Source: Macrostomum lignano
Lineage: Eukaryota
Length of the DNA stretch: 64,000 nucleotides
Assembly (NCBI GenBank): GCA_002269645.1
Contig: NIVC01000903.1
Span: 272,459 to 336,458 of the forward strand
Direction of reading: 5' to 3'
Shown: piece after piece, positions 48,401 through 61,305 of the stretch
Layout: the number at the start of each line of letters is the position of its first letter
How positions within the stretch are numbered: position 1 is the stretch's first letter
Translations under genes and position numbers: made by a program
The notes under the pieces: generated by a model
Told to the model about the DNA's origin: nothing
Database searches by the model: none
The model's input: the letters and a program-made list of their open reading frames with translations, nothing else

Positions 48401-51200
48401 TGAGCCAGGAATCTTCAAGAGACTTTCGTTACACATCCAGATGTTCTGCCTTGATGCTGGACTAGCTCACTTTCTAGGAATCTGTTCTGATTGCATTCTA
48501 ACAAACTGAAGCATTCTCGGCACTAAATTTTCTCGGCGGTTCTGAGAGCCAGAGCTTCAAACAGACAGAGAAATCTGTTCGAGTTGTGTCTGTAGGTTAG
48601 GTGGACCAGCTATTCTACAGCACTTCTAGGCGATAATCCGAGCCAGGAATCTCCGAGAGCCTCTCGTTACACATCCAGATGTTCTGCCTTGATGCTGGAC
48701 TAGCTCACTTTCTAAGAATCTGTTCTGATTGCATTCTAACAAACTGAAGCATTCTCGGCACTAAATTTTCTCGGCGGCTCTGAGAGCCAGAGCCTCAAAC
48801 AGACAGAAATCTGTTCGAGTTGTGTCTGTAGGTTAGGTGGACCAGCTATTCTACAGCACTTCTAGGCGATAATCCGAGCCAGGAGTCTCCGAGAGCCTCT
48901 CGTTACACATCCAGATGTTCTGCCTTGATGCTGGACTAGCTCACTTTCTAGGAATCTGTTCTGATTGCATTCTAACAAACTGAAGCATTTTCTGCACTAA
49001 ACTTTCTCGGCGGCTCTGAGAGCCAGAGCCCTAAACAGACAGAGAAATCTGTTCGAGTTGTGTCTGTAGGTTAGGTGGACCACCTTCTGAGAGACAAAGC
49101 CTCAAACAGACTGAGAGAGCTGCTTCAGTTCTGTCTGTAGGTTATGTGGACCACCTAATAGCCAGAGCTCTAAACAGACAGAGAAATCTGTTCGAGTTGT
49201 GTCTGTAGGTTAGGTGGACCAGCTATTCTATAGCACTTCTAGGCGATAATCTGAGCCAGGAATCTCCGAGAGCCTCTCGTTACACATCCAGATGTTCTGC
49301 CTTGATGCTGGACTAGCTCACTTTCTAGGAATATGTTCTGATTGCATTCTAACAAACTGAAGCATTCTCGGCACTAAACTTTCTCAGCGGCTCTGAGAGC
49401 CAGAGCCTCAAACAGACAGAGAAATCTGTTCGAGTTGTGTCTGTAGGTTAGGTGGACCAGCTTCTCTACAGCAATTGAGTTGCAGGCCTTGCAGCTAGCT
49501 ACTTTGAGATCATCAAACGAAACTCACTTTTCTGGACTCGGTGTCGACGGATTTGCGAGCAGACTGATGATTTTCACCAGGCGATGCGGCTTCTTCGATT
49601 TCGCAGTGGCTTTTTGCGACGGTGTTTTTTTAGTTTTTATTTTAGGCTTGGCGTCCTTTTTTGCGGGTCATCATATCTTGGTTGTAGATTACAGTTTTTG
49701 GCACAATAAATTTATATATGGATGAAACTTGGAGTAATGATTAACATTAGACCTATTAAGTATAAAAAACCGTTCTAATTTATACAATTGCAATCCTTTA
49801 GAGTTGTATAGTATGGATTATAAGTACTTTCTTTTAAACTGTCTGTGTCTGGTCTCACTACGCCATGGTTTACGTGGACCACCCGCTTAGACATTATATA
49901 TCCCTCTCTCCACTGTCTTACCTTCAGAACGCTTGCGGGTTTCCTATTGGCTGCGGTCGGTCCCATTGTTGGGGTGGATCTATCCTCCTAAGTGTTAACC
50001 AGCCAATTATAGAAAGGGAGGTCTGTCTGTCTGTCTGTTCCAACCCTATACTCCTGCACATGTGTTTACGTGGACCAAACAGACAGTGAGTGTTAGGCTG
50101 ACTGTTAATGCGTTCTTAGTTTTACTGGGACCGCAATCAAGTCGACCTTTTGCTAGAGAGTCAGAGACCCAATCGCTAGCTAAAAGGCCCTTCTTAATTG
50201 CGTCCTCTTGATCAAATCTTTTGCATGTACATGTATGAATTGTCCTTTTCAATTAGGTAAATTGCATCTTCAACTTTGCACTTGAAAGGCTGCAGCTTAG
50301 GATCTTCTTCTTCCAACATTGGAGGAGGATAGAACAGGATATCCCATAGTGTTTAGGATAGAATTGGCAAGCACTTAATTCATGAAGTTGCTATTTTCTT
50401 CTTGTGTAATGGTAGAGCCTCAGAAATTCGCATTTACACAGTGTGGCTATCAAGGACCACTGGGAGTTCTTGAGAAGTCATTGAAGAATACTATTTAGGC
50501 TTCACTTAAATATCTTTCTTGTCTCGGAGTCTTTATCGTTTGATCTGGTTAGCGAATTGGATTTCTTTACGTTGGTGTCTTACTCTGTGAGTCTGTGCTC
50601 AGAGTACGATACCGAAATTGCTGGAACTGAGCTAATTAAATGGAGTTTAAAGTTTACTGTATCAAATTCATTTCGCATACGAGGTTTCAGAATTTAACCT
50701 GCGTACCTACTTGAATGTCAAAGATGTTGAACGCATATTGTTTTAAAGCCAGTGGCGGTCATAATATGATGTTAACATAGCCATTTGTTCGTAAGGTAAT
50801 GATCTGTAAAAAATTCAGTTTTGCATCGAATCTATGCTTAATAACTGCTATACACAAACAGACACAAACAGACACAAACAGACACAAACAGACGATTTTC
50901 GAAAAATTTTCTAAAATTTTTCGGTTTACGTGGACCAGACTCGCTCAGTTTAGGTAGACCAGGCTGGAGGTCCAGCTAAACTGAAATGCAAATAACTTTG
51001 GAAAAAACCATGCTAGACATCCCAAAATTGCTTAAGCCTTTCTTGACCCGCCTGACATTAATGTGAGATCCTCAACAACGTCTTAACCCCACCAGAGACA
51101 AAATTATTTGGTGGTCCACCTAAGTGGTCTACCTACACCGGGTGGTCCAGCTAACGAGGCTACTAAACTTCCAAAAAGTCCACGTAAACACACAGACAGT
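39489..51200. mobile_element. Inverted-repeat-bounded module (possible non-autonomous Helentron/HINE-like or TIR element) containing a satellite
   Basis: Termini ACTGTCTGTGTGTTTAGCGGGAC (39489-39511) and its reverse complement ACTGTCTGTGTGTTTACGTGGAC (51178-51200), 20/23 identical. Recurrent GTGGACC motif. Both ends abut (CAGA)n. No clear TSD or transposase. Confidence 0.5.
40556..49475. repeat. 8.9-kb satellite array: ~238-bp monomer plus ~70- and ~68-bp truncated variants, with higher-order structure
   Basis: Monomer starts at 40613, 40851 and 41089. About 30 long monomers and ~12 short pairs. 376-bp and ~1.7-kb periodicities. Confidence 0.97.
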
Positions 51201-51203
51201 AGA

Positions 51204-51502
<299 letters not shown>

Positions 51503-52207
51503 CTAAGGCAGTTGTTGCATGCATTATTAGAAAAGGAAAGTCGCGCAATTATAGGTCATGCAGAGAAAGTATGTTTGAATGTAGAGTTGAATTTTATTTC
51601 CTATTTTTTTTTGTTACTACTTAAAGTAGAGAATAATCTACTTGGAATGACAAAAATAGTCTGCAGTATTTCGCCCCTTATTTGCTCTCGCATTTTTTAG
51701 CTGCTACCCGCAATAAAGGAGATTGGAGAAGACCACAAGGCTACAAAATGGCTACTTGGGTCTGCTGTTTCTCTTTTTGAAAGACGCAACAGCTGCAGGA
51801 TCGTGACTTGAGCTATTTGTACCGATGATGATGATGGGGTTCGGAGTCTGGAGCATCAATCTGCAATTACCTGTTAGATTCTGATGGTTAAAATCCGCCA
51901 GAAGTTGTGTGTGACAGCGGCTGTCTATGCCTAATTAGTTTACCTGAGACAATTTTAGGCTGACTGAGGCGTTTTATATTTATTAATTAGGTTATTATTG
52001 ATATTTCGGGTGAATTGGCCTCATTACGCATAAACTGAAGCTAGTTTTAGTACGAGTATCCAGGGTCTGAGCCAGCTGTAACTGTAGGCGTCAGCTTTGC
52101 GGACTTTCTGAAACATTTGTACGGTCGTACAGCTTGGCTTTTTTATCGATTTTTTAAATGTAGTTTTTGTTGTCAGACACAGGTTAAAGGAAGTAAGAAA
52201 CAAATGG

Positions 52208-52735
52208 AGAGGGAAGAGTGAGAGAGGGATTGGGAGACGGAAGAAAGGAAGAAGGAGAGGTAGAGGGAGAAGGAGAGGCAGAGGCAGAGGGAGAGGAAGG
52301 GGGAGAAGGAGAGGCAGAGGCAGAGGGAGATGGAGAGGGAGAGGGAGAGGGAAAGGGAGAGGGACAGGAAGGAGAGGGAGAGGGAGAGGGAAGGGAGAGC
52401 TAGAGGGAGAGGGAGAGGTAGAGGGAGAGGGAGAGGGAGAGGGAGAGGGAGAGGTAGAGGCAGAGGCAGAGGGAGATGGAGAGGGAGAGGGAGAGGAAAG
52501 GGAGAGGGACAGGAAGGAGAGGGAGAGGGAGAGGGAAGGGAGAGCTAGAGGGAGAGGGAGAGGTAGAGGGAGAGGGAGAGGGAGAGGGAGAGGGAGAGGT
52601 AGAGGCAGAGGCAGAGGGAGATGGAGAGGGAGAGGGAGAGGGAAAGGGAGAGGGACAGGAAGGAGAGGGAGAGGGAGAGGGAGAGGGAGAGGGAGAGGGA
52701 GAGGGAGAGGGAGAGGGAGAGGGAGAGGGAGGGAT
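52208..52735. repeat. Homopurine (GAGAGG)n-like tract
   Basis: About 530 bp almost entirely G/A, with internal duplicated blocks. Confidence 0.95.
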
Positions 52736-53335
52736 AGCGAGTTCTAGCGAGAACAGGTGAGAGAGGGCGTGAGGGAAACGATGAGCGTGCAAGAGGGAGA
52801 GCGAGATAAACAGGTGAATCCTCCCTTCCGAACTAAGACAGAACAGAAACCTTTGGCTTGAGCTTAGAAAACCGGGTCATATCTTCCAGCCGCAGTCCAT
52901 ATGAGGCTAATACAGTAAGGCATAGGCTTGCGTGAGCAGATAAGCACAGAGGGAGGGCAGTTTAGGGACGCAGTTGTCCCACAACAGGAGCACTATAACT
53001 AGAAGAGGGAGGAGCCCACACCGCCGAGGCAAAGGGGGATTATTGGAGAAACAGGGCAGAGGTGGGCGGCCCTGGGGAGGAGAAGGGGAGCCTCTTTTTG
53101 CTTTGTGGCCGAAGATGAAGGCTCTGCTCAGCTTCCGCAGCGTGGCAGGGATTCCCGATTGGCTTCATCTGGAGACGCGCGCCCCTCTCTCCGCTAGTGG
53201 AGGGGGATGAGGCCAGGGGCTTACTCTGAGACAAAAACGGACTTGGCTCAGCATTCCGCAGTCCTTTGCCCTTTTCTCTCTCTCTCTCTCCCATCTTAGC
53301 TTGCCTTCTCCTCTCCCCTAGCTGAGGGGCGGACA

Positions 53336-56300
53336 ATGGACACAATCAGCAGCTGGCTGACCTGCTGCCCGGTGCTGCACATCGGCGGCGGCGGTGGCGA
53401 CGACGGCGGCATCGGCGGCTCCTCCGCCAAGGCCGATCAGGAAGATTTTGTACCACTGAAAAATGCCGAGAGCAAGCCGCCAGGTGAGATGCGGACTGCT
53501 GCTGAGATGGCGGTGGCTGTTTGAAATGTTGAGATTCTCTTTGATGGATTCAAAGATTCCCCGAGGCGAATATGAGATGGGGAAAACTAAGGGTGAGATT
53601 TTGGTGATGAGATTCTATTGATGAGATTTTAGGATGAGATTCTAGAGGCGTGGGAGATTCTAGAGATGATGAGACTCTAGGGGTAGTGAGCTGCTAGGAT
53701 ATTATTCTAGTGTGAGATCCTAGAGTGAGATTCTAGTGTGACATTCTAGGGTTAAGATTCTGGGGGTGAGATTCAAGGGCAAGACTCTAGGGGTGGTGCG
53801 ACTCTAGCGTGGGGAGATTCTAGGGGTGGTGAGACTCTAGGGGTGAGACTCTAGGGTGGTGAGACTCTAGGGGTGAGACTCTAGGGTGGTGAGACTCTAG
53901 GGGTGAGACTCTAGGGGTGAGACTCTAGGGTGGTGAGACTCTTGAGATGGTGAGACTCTTGGGTGGTGAAACTCCTGGGTGGTGAGACTCTAGGGTGGTG
54001 AGACTCTAGGGGGTGAGACTTTCGGGGTAGTGAGACTATAGGGGGGTGAGACTCTAGGGTGAGACTCTAGGGTGAGACTCTATGGTGGCGAGACTCTTGG
54101 TGGTGAGTTTTCACTGACTACACGACTGCAGACAAATCTTCTGACACTGGCAAGATGACTTCCATGCTTCGATTCACCCTAAGAAACTTTTAATTAACGA
54201 TATAATTTCAATTTGCAGAGTGCAGCTCGATTACAGTGATTAATAATGCCGGTAGCGAGACAAAAATCCGATGCACTGGATTTAAAATTTAATCAAACAT
54301 AGTTTTTTTTGTCTCTAGGTGGGCGCTGCAGCCACTGGTTTGTTAAGTCCAGCTCGTCGAGTCTCGACATTTGGCATTGAGTATTCATCGAAAGGAGGTC
54401 AATGAGTCAAACAGCAGCGCAAATCATCGCTTCGTTTCAGACGCAACCCCCACACCAGGCCGGTCGAAATCTGCAGCCGCGGCTGCCGGCTCCACTGTTG
54501 ACGAGAACGGCCGGATGACTGATGGCGGGCGCGGCTGCGTCGGCAACTACGGAGCAACGTCGACAGCCGACCAGAGGGAGCCGCAGACCCGTGCGTGTTT
54601 GGCCTCTGATATTTGCAGTTTTTTAATTTTGCACTTTTAATAAGGACCAAGTGGCGCTATCTAGTGGCGCTATCTAGTGGCGCTATCTAGTGACGCTATC
54701 TAGTGGCGCTATCTAGTGGCGCTATCTAGTGGCGCTACCTGGGGCTCTCTAAAGGAACCATCTGTAGGGACTCCGTCACGAGTTATCCAACCCTCTCTCT
54801 GCCTCCGTCTTCCCCCAAACAGCTCCGGTCGTCAGAGCTCCAAAGTCAAACAACTCAACCGCCGCAACCCCGGCGGCTGCAACGCCGACGACAACCGTCC
54901 AGTCGGTGTCGGACAAGTTCGAGGACCGCGGCCTCGGCCAGCTGCACTTCGTGCTGCAGTTCATCCCGGGCAAGGCCACTCTGTACATCCGCATCATCAA
55001 GGGCGAATGCCTGGCCGCTCAGGACTCCAACGGGCTGTCCGACCCGTACGTGAAGGTGCACCTGCTGCCGGACACGGGCAAGCGGACCAAGCTGCGCACC
55101 CGGACTTGCCAACGAACTCTGAATCCCATCTGGGATGAGGAATTCTGTTACAGCGGGGTCAGCCGAGGCGATATGGAAACTAAAATGCTGAGGTGAGGAC
55201 AGGTTGAGAGCAGGGACTGACAGGTTGAGAGCAGGGACTGACAGGTTGAGAGCAGGGACTGACAGGTTGAGAGCAGGGACTGACAGGTTGAGAGCAGGGA
55301 CTGACAGGTTGAGAGCAGGGACTGACAGGTTGAGAGCAGGGACTGACAGGTTGAGAGCAGGGACTGACAGATTGAGAGCAGGGACTGACAGATTGAGAGC
55401 AGGGACTGACAGGTTGAGAGCAGGGACTGACAGGTTGAGAACAGGTGCTGACAGGTTGAGAACAGGTGCTGACAGGTTGAGAGCATGGACTGATAGGTTG
55501 AGAGCATGGACTGATAGGCTGAGAGCATGGATTACGCTAAGGTCGAGGGCAGAGGCTTCGGCTAATACTAAAGTCGAGTTAACCGGACAGCTAATCCGAT
55601 ATAATTTTGACAAACAAGACGTCAGTTTTCGAACTGCACGGCAGTAAATTCACTGCTTCCTGCTTCTAATCTTCTTTTTCAATACCCTGGGCATATTTTA
55701 TTGCTGCATCAGAACACGTCTGTACTGACACAAACCCCGAGTCACTAGCAAAACTGATAAGCTATGCTAATTTATTTCATTCGAATGAAACACACCTTCG
55801 GTCACCTGGATTCGAAACTTAATTCAGGCTCTCAGTTCTCGACGAGGACACCATCGGATTCGACTGGATGGGCGAGATCCTGCTGCCTCTCGGCCACCTG
55901 CTGCACGGCCGCAAAGAGTACTACGAAATCCCACTGCAGCCTAAGAACTTTGTGAGGCTTGGAGTGGGGGACTGACTCAAGCCCAATCCCGAGACTGACT
56001 CAAAGCCAATCATGAGACTGACTCAAACCCAATCATGAAACTGACTCAAACCCAATCATGAGACTGACTCAAACCCAATCATGAGACTGACTCAAAGCCA
56101 ATCATGAGACTGACTCAAGCCCAATCATGAGACTGACTCAAGCCCAATCATGAGACTGACTCAAGCCCAATCATGAGACTGACTCAAGCCCAATCATGAG
56201 ACTGACTCAAGCCCAATCATGAGACTGACTCAAGCCCAATCATGAGACTGAATCAAGCCCAATCATGAGACTGACTCAAGCCCAATCATGAGACTGACTC

Positions 56301-59300
56301 AAGCCCAATCATGAGACTGACTCAAGCCCAATCATGAGACTGACTCAAGCCCAATCATGAGACTGACTCAAGCCCAATCATGAGACTGACTCAAGCCCAA
56401 TCATGAGACTGAATCAAGCCCAATCATGAGACTGACTCAAGCCCAATCATGAGACTGACTCAAGCCCAATCATGAGACTGACTCAAGCCCAATCATGAGA
56501 CTGACTCAAGCCCAATCATGAGACTGACTCAAGCCCAATCGTGAGACTGACTCAAGCCCAATCATGAGACTGAATCAAGCCCAATCATGAGACTGACTCA
56601 AACCCAATCGTGAGACTGACTCAAGCCCAATCATGAGACTGACTCAAGCCCAATCATGAGACTGATGAGACTGACTCAAGCCCAATCATGAGACTGATGA
56701 GACTGACTCAAGCCCAATCATGAGACTGATGAGACTGACTCAAACCCAATCGTGAGACTGACTCAAGCCCAATCATGAGACTGATGAGACTGACTCAAGC
56801 CCAATCATGAGACTGACTCAAGCCCAATCATGAGACTGACTCAAGCCCAATCATGAGACTGACTCAAGCCCAATCATGAGACTGACTCAAGCCCAATCAT
56901 GAGACTGACTCAAGCCCAATCATGAGACTGACTCAAGCCCAATCGTGAGACTGACTCAAGCCCAATCATGAGACTGACTCAAGCCCAATCATGAGACTGA
57001 CTCAAACCCAATCATGAGACTGACTCAAAGCCAATCATGAGACTGACTCAAACCCAATCGTGAGACTGACTCAAACCCAATCGTGAGACTGACTCAAACC
57101 CAATCGTGAGACTGACTCAAGCCCAATCGTGAGACTCATGAGACTGACTCAAGCCCAATCATGAGACTGACTCAAGCCCAATCATCGGGGAACCATCACT
57201 GGCAGGAACTGGACCGCAGCCTGAAGCTGGAGCAAGAGGACCGCGGCAAGATCATGATCGGGCTGTGTTACGCGCCGGCGAAGAGCGAGCTGACGGTGCG
57301 GGTCATCCAGTGCGTGAACCTCATCGCCATGGACGCCAATGGCTACAGCGATCCGTTCGTTAAGCTGTGAGCTGCTCTTGCTGGGCGAGTCGCTGAGTTC
57401 GATCGATTTATTAATACTGACTTTACTGACCTAAAAAATTGCTTATAAAAACTTCGATCCCACAGAAACCTGAAGCCAGGCCAGGATAATTTCAAAAAGT
57501 ACAAAACTGAAGTTAAGAAGCGAACTCTTAATCCTGAGTATAACGAGGTACGCTGTGGAATTATCCCTGGATTATCCAAACTGTACTATTTTAGTCTCTA
57601 AATATCATTCTTCACAGATTTATATTGTATTATTCACTTATAATATTTTAGTATATTAGCTATGGGATTTTATACTGTATTGTCTATCCTACACTGAACT
57701 GTCTATCCTACACTGGATTGTCTATCCTACACAACTGTCTATCCTACACAACTGTCTATCCTACACTGGATTGTCTATCCTACACAACTGTCTATCCTAC
57801 ACAACTGTCTATCCTACACTGGATTGTCTATCCTACACAACTGTCTATCCTACACAACTGTCTATCCTACACAACTGTCTATCCTACACTGAACTGTCTA
57901 TCCTACACAACTGTCTATCCTACACAACTGTCTATCCTACACAACTGTCTATCCTACACTGAACTGTCTATCCTACACAACTGTCTATCCTACACAACTG
58001 TCTATCCTACACTGAACTGTCTATCCTACACAACTGTCTATCCTACACAACTGTCTATCCTACACAACTGTCTATCCTACACTGAACTGTCTATCCTACA
58101 CAACTGTCTATCCTACACTGAACTGTCTATCCTACACAACTGTCTATCCTACACTGAACTGTCTATCCTACACAACTGTCTATCCTACACTGAACTGTCT
58201 ATCCTACACTGAACTGTCTATCCTACACTGAACTGTCTATCCTACACAACTGTCTATCCTACACTGAACTGTCTATCCTACACTGAACTGTCTATCCTAC
58301 ACTGAACTGTCTATCCTACACTGGATTGTCTATCCTACACAACTGTCTATCCTACACAACTGTCTATCCTACACTGGATTGTCTATCCTACACAACTGTC
58401 TATCCTACACAACTGTCTATCCTACACTGAACTGTCTATCCTACACTGAACTGTCTATCCTACACTGAACTGTCTATCCTACACTGAACTGTCTATCCTA
58501 CACTGAACTGTCTATCCTACACTGAACTGTCTATCCTACACTGAACTGTCTATCCTACACTGGATTGTCTATCCTACACTGGATTGTCTATCCTACACTG
58601 TATTGTCTATCCTACACAGAATTATATTCTATTGTGTGTTCCATCCGCCCTCGTGCACTCTTACAGTTATATTTTAACAGTATTCATAGCTGCTGACTGA
58701 TTACTCTAGCAACAGTCTACAAAATACTCTAGCAACAGTCTACAAAATACTCTACAAACATGACACTACGAGTAACAATCTCCAATAGCAGCCGCCAACC
58801 CCGCCCTCTCGCACAGGAGTTCCACTACATCCTGAGCCAGCAGGAACTGCAAGAGAAAACACTCGAAATCACAGTGTGGGACAAGGACTTCGGCACTAAG
58901 AACGACTTTATGGGTGAGCGTGGGGCTCCCGGCTGCCTCCGAGACATCCGGCTTCGAGCCGGCGTTTTTTTATTCGATAACACTTCTTCTGCTCCTGGAA
59001 GCGGAAAAATCGTCTATTGCCAGCCAGGGACTGAGCGAGATGGATCAGGGGATGGGAGGGGAGTTCTTAGAGCAGAATTTCATCGCATGACCAAATCCAG
59101 CAGCTAGCAGCAGTCTCGCTTTGTTGCCAAGTCTGCGCGACGAGTATCAGATAACTGCTGCTTCTGCTCGGCAATTCTTCACCTTTCGCTTATCGAATTC
59201 CGTTTCTAGCCGTAGCTATCTAGCTTCTGACAGGTGCATAAAATAGAGTATAATAGAATAGAATAGAATAGAATAGAATAGAGTAGAATAGAATAGAATA

Positions 59301-59797
59301 GAATAGAATAGAATAGAGTAGAATAGAATAGAATAGAATAGAATAGAATAGAATAGAATAGAATAGAATAGAATAGAACAGAACAGAATAGAATAGAATA
59401 GAATAGAGTAGAATAGAATAGAATAGATAAGAATAGAATAGAATAGAATAGATTAGATTAGATTAGATTAGATAAGAATCGAATAGACACCCCTCCTAGC
59501 TGAGGAAGTTCAGTACTGCAATTTACCAAGAAATTCAAACCTACTTCAATAATTAAATTAAGAACATCAAAGCAAAGAGTTAAATGAACGGTGCTAAAGG
59601 CCTCAGTATCATCTTGCCTATATTGAAATTCAAAACCAGCAAGCAGTATTGAACCCCGCTTTTGTCACCCAGGCGCCCTGGTGATCGGCAATCGGTGCAG
59701 CGGAGATCGCTGGAGCCACTGGGAGGTGATGATGAAGCAGCCGTACCAGCGTCACGATCGGTGGCACTCTCTGTGCCCTGAGCTGCTATTGGACTGA
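53336..59797 (+). CDS. Rph3a/Doc2: Double C2-domain protein of the rabphilin/Doc2 family, 8 exons, 418 aa (N-terminus may extend upstream)
   Basis: Exons 53336-53483, 54441-54590, 54823-55192, 55828-55951, 57206-57366, 57466-57547, 58817-58913 and 59673-59797, all GT-AG and phase-consistent (1257 nt). C2A: AQDSNGLSDPYVKVHLLP, RTLNPIWDEEF, VLDEDTIGFDWMG. C2B: AMDANGYSDPFVKL, KKRTLNPEYNEEF, VWDKDFGTKNDFMG, RWH.L. All five Ca2+-ligand Asp residues are present in both domains; no TM segment. Confidence 0.9.
53590..54110. repeat. Degenerate ~13-16-bp repeat (GAGACTCTAGGGTGGT) in C2 gene intron 1
   Basis: Recurrent GAGA[C/T]TCTAG core. Confidence 0.85.
54652..54737. repeat. 13-bp repeat (GTGGCGCTATCTA) x~6.5 in intron 2
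   Basis: Direct tandem copies. Confidence 0.92.
55198..55530. repeat. 21-bp minisatellite (GACAGGTTGAGAGCAGGGACT) in intron 3
   Basis: About 16 copies starting ~5 nt after the donor GT. Confidence 0.96.
55972..57185. repeat. 23-bp minisatellite (GACTGACTCAAGCCCAATCATGA) in intron 4
   Basis: About 52 copies filling nearly the whole intron. Confidence 0.97.
57690..58615. repeat. 17/19-bp minisatellite (CTGTCTATCCTACAC[AA/TGAA/TGGA]) in intron 6
   Basis: About 50 copies of mixed length. Confidence 0.96.
59250..59485. repeat. (AATAG)n microsatellite in intron 7
   Basis: Pentanucleotide run shifting to (GATTA)n. Confidence 0.96.
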
Positions 59798-60159
59798 CAC
59801 TGGACTGGGCCAGGGAGTGCTAAAAGCGAGCCGTCGATTGGGTATCGGAGCTTTTCAGTTTGTCATGGTCTGGGACTCCCTCCTGATCGGACGCAGCTTT
59901 GACTCCTGTTATATCCTGTTGTGAGCACCCCCTTTGATCGCAGCCCATGCAAAACCGCTTAGAATCGTTGTTGTAAATTTGCACTCAATTGACTCAATTA
60001 CTAAATAGAGGATAGGAATTTATTTTTGGCTTGATTATACTAATAATATATCGTTTATCAAGGAGAACTAGAGAGAGATTTAAAAATCTGAGCAGCAAAT
60101 TCTTTATGCCCTTTGTAAGAAAAAGATTTCCGAATGTCAAAATAGTGGGCAACCACAGG

Positions 60160-60525
60160 GTGTGACTGACCTCAGCCAATCAAATCTGTCGGTCTATTAG
60201 TATTGAAATATCGGCAACACTCCTTACTATCCCTCCACCCCAGCACGTGACTGACCTCAGCCAATCAAATCTGTCGGTCTATTAGTATTGAAATATCGGC
60301 AACACTCCTTACTACCCCTCCACCCCATCATGTGACTGACCTCAGCCAATCAAATCTGTCGGTCTATTAGTATTGAAATATCGGCAACACTCCTTACTAC
60401 CCCTCCACCCCATCATGTGACTGACCTCAGCCAATCAAATCTGTCGGTCTATTAGTATTGAAATATCAGAAACGCTCCTTACTACCCCTCCACCCCCCAC
60501 GTGACTGATCTCAGCCAATCAAATT
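60160..60525. repeat. 85-bp tandem repeat, ~4.3 copies
   Basis: TGACTGACCTCAGCCAATC starts at 60163, 60248, 60333, 60418 and 60502. Confidence 0.94.
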
Positions 60526-61109
60526 ATTTGCTCCGTTAGTAATAAAATTACTTTATATTTTAGATTGCAGTTCTTGTCTGAGTGATTCAGTCAGTTCAAA
60601 CTAGCTCAGCCAGATAAAGCGCTATATGTATTGAATATAAATATTCGTTAAAATACTTCCATTGGACTCTATTTTTATGTCATGGGAACATGCCGCATTG
60701 GAGCATATAATTTTACTCAATATTTCCCACTTGCAACACTATGCTCATATTGTTGTATCATTGTATTACTAAGAGTCTCGTGAGTGGTCGGTTAGAGTAA
60801 CATTGAAATTCATCAGCGACTCAAATCTATTTCACTTAGTAAAAGCCCCTCGAATTGCTGTAATCACAGTTTTTTCAGCAGGTATCGTCAGCTTAACTTT
60901 CTGTTGTGAGTTGTGAGTTCTGTCATAATTAGTAAAAAAACAAATGACCGTTCTGCATCACCGGCTTGCAAACGTATGAATAACAACAGCAGTCAGTTCG
61001 ATGTTTTATTCAATGTACTCGTAAAAATTTCTGCATTTTTTGTTTTTTTGTCTAATCTGAGAGTCAATTTCTAAACTATAATTTCTAAGTTTGTTTTTGG
61101 CTCACCCTG

Positions 61110-61305
61110 TCAATAGCACTCCTTCTGTCACTCTGTCTGACTCAATAGCACTCCTTCTGTCACTCTGTCTGACTCAATAGCACTCCTTCTGTCACTCTGT
61201 CTGACTCAATAGCACTCCTTCTGTCACTCTGTCTGACTCAATAGCACTCCTTCTGTCACTCTGTCTGACTCAATAGCACTCCTTCTGTCACTCTGTCTGA
61301 CTCAG
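61110..61305. repeat. 32-bp tandem repeat x6
   Basis: Unit TCAATAGCACTCCTTCTGTCACTCTGTCTGAC. Confidence 0.95.

Noticed and set aside
49560-49680. Histone H3/H1-like KKPHR Lys-rich tail
   Set aside because: No histone fold follows, and there is no in-frame start.
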